Shown here: positions 36,271 to 43,423 of the stretch, in pieces
How positions within the stretch are numbered: the first letter of the stretch is position 1
Layout of the letters: every line of letters starts with the position of its first letter
Source of the DNA: Tubiluchus corallicola
Lineage: Eukaryota > Animalia > Priapulida
Length of the DNA stretch: 43,423 bases
NCBI GenBank assembly: GCA_030141605.1
Contig: JAQGDQ010001384.1
Location: forward strand, 1-43,423
Reading direction: 5' to 3'
Program-made: the position numbers and the translations under genes
The notes under the pieces: model-generated
What the model was told of the DNA's origin: nothing
The model's database searches: none
Seen by the model: only the letters and a program-made list of their open reading frames with translations

Positions 36271-37102
36271 CATTATTTTAACTTTTAATTTTTAATAAAA
36301 AGTTTTTCATTTTTTATTTATCTTGAGCTTAAAATTTTCGTGGGCTGCATTGATCGCTGGAGAATATAGTGGCCTTGTAGCTTAAGGCGTCTGTCTTGTA
36401 AGTAGAAGGCCCCCAATGTGTTTCAGTTTTTTGCATTTGTTGTCTTTCACGTTTGGCATCAAAATTTAATGATGGTACAGAGATTGTGCATTCATTGGTG
36501 TTTCGATATCAACAATCTGTTTATTTTAGACTGCAACTGTGTGAAAAAAGCCACCACTTGTTTGTCGTTTACCAGGCAGAAAAGTAGTTGAAAGAACGGC
36601 AAGTACTTACCGAAAAGAAATCATTGCTCAAAAAATCATGGCCGCCACACAGTTCACAAATATGTACGAACAAAAACTACATTGGTCTATTCTTGCGCGT
36701 CTATACGTATTTATCTACCGAGGTATCTGAATAAAGTAAACAAAGCACACAATAAATTTAAAAAATTCTTGTCAGAAAGACGTACAAGTACAGTGGCCAA
36801 AGGTAAAAGTAATCCGAAGTAAATAAACAGTAACGCCCCCTGAAAGGTGACTATGGCATTTACACATAATAGCTTGGCACAGGACTAATTCTGGTAAAAC
36901 GTACTGGAAATGTATCACCATTAAGTCAAATTAACTATATAAAAATGTGCTGGTCTCGAAAACATCCGTCACATTCAGATAACCAAGCACCACTTTGACC
37001 AAAACAATAATTTGCACTGAGGCGACGAGTTATTTTGTGAATAGAAAGGGTGTTTTTAATAGTAGAGCTTGCATATACATGCCAGGATAGCTGAAAAATC
37101 AG

Positions 37103-38514
37103 CAGCAGCTTCTATAGATGCACGACAACTTGACAATCCTTGCATCATTCGTAAGCTACCATAACTCAGCAGCTTCCTCAGATGCACGAAGACTTGACAA
37201 TCCTTGCATCATTCGTAAGCTACCATAACTCAGCAGCTTCCATAGATGCACGACGACTTGACAATCCTTGCATCATTCGTAAGCTACCATGACTCAGCAG
37301 CTTCCATAGATGCACGACGACTTGACAATCCTTGCATCATTCGTCAGCTACCATAACTCAGCAGCTTCCTCAGATGCACGACGACTTGACAATCCTTGCA
37401 TCATTCGTAAGCTACCATGACTCAGCAGCTTCCTCAGATGCACGACGACTTGACAATCCTTGCATCATTCGTAAGCTACCATAACTCAGCAGCTTCCTCA
37501 GATGCACGACGACTTGACAATCCTTGCATCATTCGTAAGCTACCATGACTCAGCAGCTTCCTCAGATGCGCGACGACTTGACAATCCTTGCATCATTCGT
37601 AAGCTACCATAACTCAGCAGCTTCCATAGATGCACGACGACTTGACAATCCTTGCATCATTCGTAAGCTACCATGACTCAGCAGCTTCCTCAGATGCGCG
37701 ACGACTTGACAATCCTTGCATCATTCGTAAGCTACCATAACTCAGCAGCTTCCTCAGATGCACGACGACTTGACAATCCTTGCATCATTCGTAAGCTACC
37801 ATGACTCAGCAGCTTCCTCAGATGCGCGACGACTTGACAATCCTTGCATCATTCGTAAGCTACCATAACTCAGCAGCTTCCATAGATGCACGACGACTTG
37901 ACAATCCTTGCATCATTCGTAAGCTACCATGACTCAGCAGCTTCCTCAGATGCGCGACGACTTGACAATGCTTACATCATTCCTAAGCTACCATGACTCA
38001 GCAGCTTCCTCAGATGCACGACAACTTGACAATCCTTGCATCATTCGTAAGCTACCATGACTCAGCAGCTTCCATAGATGCACGACGACTTGACAATGCT
38101 TACATCATTCCTAAGCTACCATGACTCAGCAGCTTCCATAGATGCACGACGACTTGACAATCCTTGCATCATTCGTAAGCTACCATAACTCAGCAGCTTC
38201 CATAGATGCACGACGACTTGACAATCCTTGCATCATTCGTAAGCTACCATAACTCAGCAGCTTCCAAGATGCACGACGACTTGACAATCTTACATCATTC
38301 CTAAGCTACCATGACTCAGCAGCTTCCACAGATGCACGACGACTTGACAATCCTTGCATCATTCGTAAGCTACCATGACTCAGCAGCTGCCTCAGATGCA
38401 CGACGACTTGACAATCCTTGCATCATTCGTAAGCTACCATAACTCAGCAGCTTCCTCAGATGCACGACGACTTGACAATCCTTGCATCATTCGTAAGGTA
38501 CCATGACTCAGCAG
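37103..38514. repeat. 64-bp tandem satellite, about 22 copies
   Basis: Unit CAGCAGCTTCCTCAGATGCACGACGACTTGACAATCCTTGCATCATTCGTAAGCTACCATRACT; period verified 37141, 37205, 37269. Confidence 0.98.
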
Positions 38515-39300
38515 TTTTAATCTTGTACAAAAATCAAACAGTTTAAGCTGTTTTAATAATAATGCTACTTTTCTAGAGCCATGCACTTGGCAATTGCAAA
38601 TTTACAATTCAGTGAAGAACTAAGCAAACTTTACGTAAGTAGTTGATGGGTTCCTGACAGGGTACGTGACATCTGGGCACGAGACGTTTGGGGACGAGAC
38701 ATTTGGGCACCAATATTAAAGTTGCAGGCCTATTTTTTACTATCTATGTAATTCCTAACCCTCACAATATTTTTAAGAACCATCGCTTCGATCACTAAAT
38801 TAGACGTATGCAGTAAAATATCGTATAGCAATTAAAAGCAGATAATTGAATTTCTGTTTTTCCACCTTAATTCGGTATTTTATGTACAACTTTTAAAATA
38901 AACGAAGTAGAAAAAGTCGTCGGACGGTTTACATTAACATTTTACTAAGAGATTTTTATTTCAAAAATATGTTACGCGTCACAAAAACAGTAAATAACAG
39001 AACTGAGTCACAAAATCTAAACAAATACCAAAATTTATCATCAGTGAAACTAGTGCAGCAATTTAATTAGTATTATAATTATCACAGTATTCATTGAAGG
39101 CTCGGTAAGCTTTAGAAGAAACCGACCTAGAATGTTTAGTTCATTACGTGCTTATAGCTAGCTGCGAACTCGAAACGATTAACTAAATTAATTAGTAAGT
39201 CAATTAAATGATGTGTGTTTATCAAAATTAAAATCAGTAATAATGACAAGCATTTTTATTGCATCACTTGCAAAAAACAGCGGATAATAATATTATATAA

Positions 39301-39789
39301 CTAGCAAAGGCCCCGCAAAAAAATTTTGCGTATAAGTACACTCATAATCAACAATGCGCAAACATTCTACCTAGTGTTCGTTTACTTACCTAATGCAAAG
39401 CAACAGCAGCTTTTACTGAATTAAAGTTATAAGATTATAGACAGAGTGTAATGGATGACGTCAGAACAACTAGTTTTCGAAAATTGAGAACGAAAAACGA
39501 ACATCTAATTAACTCGTCGGCACTCCTCTTGGTGGACGTGTCCTAAAATATAGCCCACATCATCGTGCTAGCCCTCTTCTCTCCTCTTCCGAGAGTCCCA
39601 CCAGGCGCCGCTAGAACGTTTTTTCTACAGGCTGTTAGGTCAAAATTTCGGAAAAATCGCGAGTTTCGTCCGGGAAAACGCCCGTTGCGGGACGCCGTTT
39701 CCCTCTCGCAAATTCTAAATATGCGAATGACACCCACCGCTGAACGGGCTATCCATCCATGGCCGGCACCACACCCGGCCCGTTCCCGC
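39301..39789 (-). mobile_element. Helitron family A copy (3' half)
   Basis: A|CTAGCAAAGGCCCCGCAAAAAAATTTTGCG with a CGCAAAA/TTTTGCG hairpin; collinear with 12364-12882. Confidence 0.7.
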
Positions 39790-39790
39790 A

Positions 39791-40844
39791 AAGTAGAAAA
39801 AGCCCTAAGCGTTTTCAAGATTTTAGCACTTTAATAGCTACTAGTTTTATGTGAAGGTCGTTCATGGCAATAATAAAATCATAAATCTTGTCAATTGAAA
39901 TTACGGAAAGGTGGATTCTATATTATTATGATGTGTCTAGTACCTGTTGAGAAAAGGTTACTGGCCAAATTATCATCTCAAGGTAAATCTCCTTCTGTTA
40001 TGCTTGCGTTGATATATTACTGTTTTTTGAAAAACTGAAACGGCGACGACAAAGACGATGACGACGACGACGATGATGATGATGTTACAAATTATTCTAG
40101 ATTTATAATTAATGCCGGTGGAATTTATTTTTTGATTGATTTTAAAATATTTTAATCCTTTTTATTCAAATTCTAAAAAAATGTGGTCCCACGTGATTAA
40201 TTTTACATGACAAGGTTTGATGGTGGTAGAAACTCCATTAACTCACTTTCAATTTAGCTAACTGTTACCTCAAAATAATTAGTCAGTCAGTCAACCAGAA
40301 TGTCAGTCAAAGAGTCTGCCTTCTGCACAGCGAGTTAATCAATCACACACTCACTTAAGCTGTTAAGCGGTCAGTCACTTGCCAGTTAGTCAGTCAGCCA
40401 GTTAGTCAGTTTATGGGTTATACCGTTAGTCAGAGAGGGAGAGAGAGGGAGAGAGAGGAGAGAGAGAGAGAGAGAGAGAGACAGGAGAGAGAGAGAGAGG
40501 TAGGTGTAAGGCAAACCTTGAGCTGTCGGTTCGGACAAGAACCTCTTAGACTCAAATTATGATTCTGAGCACGTGCATTATCCATTATCTGAATTTTCTG
40601 CTTGAAGAGATTGTAGCAAAATATTTATGACCTTTTCAATAGAGAAGCCTTGAAGTAAAATAGAAATGGAACTTTTACTACTTTACTTTATTACTAAGAA
40701 TTCCCTGAAATTTTGTTCCCACTTTTTTCTATGTTTTGTCTCCTGTCATTTATAAACGAAATTGTGACAAATGAGAGCTCAACTCCTTGGGTGGTGAATA
40801 ATTTGTTTATCAATTTTGAATAATCCAACAAAACCATTTTATCA
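39791..40844 (-). repeat. Repeat family B, inverted copy of 9939-11211
   Basis: Reverse-complement match including the (GA)n and (GAC/GAT)n tracts. Confidence 0.9.
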
Positions 40845-40866
40845 TTTTTCTATATATTTATATACA

Positions 40867-41500
40867 CTAGCAAAGGCCCCGCAAAAAGTTTGCATATAAA
40901 TACACGTATAATCGAAAAACATCCTACATAGTCCTCATTTATAACGCAAAGCCAGCAGCAGCAACTTTAGTGAATTAAACCTATAAGGTTATAGACAGAG
41001 TATAATGGATGACGTCACAACAATGGCATTGCGTCAGCAGTTTTCCAAGCGAAAATCGTGCAAAATGGAACCGCCAATCAACTCGTCACAACTCCTCAGA
41101 AAGGAAGCGTCCAAAAATGCAGCTCGCATCATCGTGTAGCCCTGTTCTTTCTCTTTCTAAAGAGCTCAACATCTCCTTCCAAGAGTCCCACCAGGCGCCG
41201 CTAGAACGTTTTTTCTACAAGCAATCTGGCCAAAATTTCGAAAAAATTGGGAGTTGGGTCCGGGAATATGCCTGTAGCGAGCACTGATGGCCCTCTCGTG
41301 AAATGTAAGTATGACTATTACACCCATCATTAAATGAGCTATTCAATCATTACCAGCACAACCTGCGGCCTGTTCTGGATCTCTAGAAATAAGACGTTTT
41401 GCAAAAAATAGGCAAAATGGCCATTTTTGGAGGTTTTTCGGCCTGCGTTCCTCCCGGTGGGCCCGGAAGTTATAGTTATATTTCATTATATATTATATAC
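40867..41500 (-). mobile_element. Helitron family A copy
   Basis: A|CTAGCAAAGGCCCCGCAAAAAG; collinear with 12364-12980, e.g. GAGTCCCACCAGGCGCCGCTAGA and ATGGCCATTTTTGGAGGTTTTTCG. Confidence 0.7.
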
Positions 41501-41992
41501 ATCACACTAACATCACATTTACATCACACATACATTACAGGTATTATTTGTATTCGTTCATGCAATTTTGACACCCCATCCTTCTCAGACAGCTCACACA
41601 AACTCTTTCACTAATAAAACTAATTCCAAAATTATTATGTTTTTTATAAAGTAAATTTGCAGGCTAGTTGCCGGAGGCTGAACAATTGTCTGTTTTCGTT
41701 TTCTCCCTATAGGCCTAAACCCAACTCCATTCTGACTTTATTATGAATGATATAAAAAGACAGACCACAAAGTTTAAAACCGTTTCAAAACTACTAAAAA
41801 CGTTTGATTGCAAATTTTACGTAAAACAGAGTACATAAATTTGGTTTCTCTCGCGACCCATTTCTGACAAAAATCAAGAATTATTTTTTTAACCACATTG
41901 TTGGCTAACTTCTTGTATCCTTGACCTCATTCGTTTTAAGTCCAAAGTCTAAATGTAACTCTAAATTACGATTAAATTCTAAATGGAATTTA

Positions 41993-42640
41993 GGTGTAAA
42001 TGTGATGTATGCGTGATGTATGTGTATGATGTATGTGTGATGTTAGTGTGATGTATGTGTGATGTAAATATGATGTATATGTGATGTGTGTGTGTTGTTA
42101 GTGTGATGTATGTGTGACGTAAGTATATGTAAGTATGATGTACGTGTGATGTCAGTGTGGTGTACGTGTGATGTATGTGTGATGTAAGTATGATGTATAT
42201 GTGTGTGTGTGTGATGTATGTGTGATGTAAGTATGATGTACGTGTGATGTTAGTGTGATGTATGTGTGATGTATGTGTAATGTAAGTATGATGTATGTGT
42301 GATATAAGTATGCTGTAAGTATGATGTATGTGTGTGATGTATGTGTATGATGTATGTGTGATGTTAGTGTGATGTATGTGTGATGTAAGTATGATGTACG
42401 TGTGATGTTAGTGTGATGTATGTGTGATGTATGTGTGGCGTAAGTGTGACTTAAGTGTGATGTATGTGTGATGTAAGTGTGATGTCAGTGTGGTGTATGT
42501 GTGATGTAAGTATGATGTATATGTGATGTGTGTGTGATGTTAGTGTGATGTATGTGTGACGTAAGTATGTTGTAAGTATGATGTACGTGTGATGTATGTG
42601 TGATGTAAGTATCATGTATCTGTGTTGCGTGTGTGATGTA
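41993..42640. repeat. Degenerate ~11-bp GTGATGTATGT-type tandem repeat
   Basis: Directly visible. A short inverted tract of the same motif lies at ~41499-41538. Confidence 0.92.
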
Positions 42641-43423
42641 ATAATTATTTTGAACAAAAATCAAAACAATTAATAGTAATAATAAGTACAATTAAATATT
42701 TCAATGACCACATAAATTAATGGCAGACACAAGCACGACTATAGGCAAAGCCCCTAGTGGTCCTGGGATTGGACAGGCTTGTTCACTCGAGATGTAAGTC
42801 TAAAATCATGATGCTACTGCCATTATTTTTTTCAATTCTCATAAGTTGAACGCTTTTTCGTAATTGTAAAAAAATAAGGATTTTAGTTAATAATAAAGGG
42901 ACATCCTACTATTTCATGAAAAGTCTTGCCCAATGCACAGAGATATCGCTGTCTGACTGGATTGCAAGTCTTAAAAATTTGTCATTTTCATGCTTCATAT
43001 TAATTAAAAAAAGTTTTGAAAAAATCTTTGATGGCATCACCATCAAAATCAATCTGTATATCATAAATTTATAATTATTAATGATAAGTTTGTATTAAGG
43101 GTATGAGCAGGCCAGCCTAATCAGCACAAGCCAGAATGCTGAATTTTGGAAATTGAAAGTATACCTGTAGTTTTGATAGTAGGCGTATTACAAGCACCAG
43201 CATGAATGGTTATTTAGCAGTATAAATACTCTTAGAAACATATTTTATGTACTCCATTAGCGCATAATAAAGAACTGACATTCTGCGATGATTAATGATC
43301 ACTCTTACCACTTACTTTTTTGGCCGGAAAGTAAATATTGCTCTTGCCGTTGCGCAGTGTTCCTATCATCAAGTCAGATCAGCGTTTTATAATACCGTAG
43401 TGGTTGCCGTCACTAGCCGTAGC

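Noticed and set aside
36358-36415. tRNA gene or tRNA-derived SINE head
   Set aside because: Only an A-box-like half is present, with no B box (GTTCRA) and no cloverleaf.
33106-38514. 34-bp and 64-bp arrays as CRISPR arrays
   Set aside because: Units are contiguous with no unique spacers, no cas genes are present, and the context is eukaryotic.
38659-38712. GACATTTGGGCAC subterminal repeats as a DNA-transposon end
   Set aside because: No matching inverted end or TSD was found in the window.
39543-41614. ORFs of 70-92 aa in Helitron A copies (also 12854-13094)
   Set aside because: Frames are not conserved among copies and show no Rep or helicase motifs.

Overview
AT-rich, repeat-dense genomic DNA from a eukaryote, most likely an invertebrate animal: GT-AG introns, LINEs, Helitrons, microsatellites, and no prokaryotic operons or CRISPR array. 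No clearly intact gene is present; the window reads as a graveyard of mobile elements and broken gene copies. (1) A duplicated, decayed endogenous viral element (426-820 and 5963-6241) retains the Phenuiviridae segment terminus ACACAAAGAC 57-58 nt upstream of a nucleocapsid-like reading frame. Copy 1 is fused to a tandemly amplified LINE RT motif. (2) An ankyrin-repeat plus Mab-21/cGAS-like nucleotidyltransferase (cGLR) gene is frameshifted and truncated (29006-30490). (3) A convergent three-exon NAT16/histidine N-acetyltransferase-like GNAT gene carries one frameshift (31382-35661). (4) Orphan pseudo-exons of a TTLL ligase and of the TRPA1 C-terminus. (5) Two decayed CR1/L2-group LINEs, an RTE-like fragment, non-autonomous Helitrons, a TTAA-flanked Kolobok-like MITE and two Penelope-type minimal hammerhead ribozyme relics. 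(6) An array of same-orientation CTCF-like motifs, 34-bp and 64-bp satellites and many microsatellites. All family assignments come from motif recognition by eye, not from database searches.
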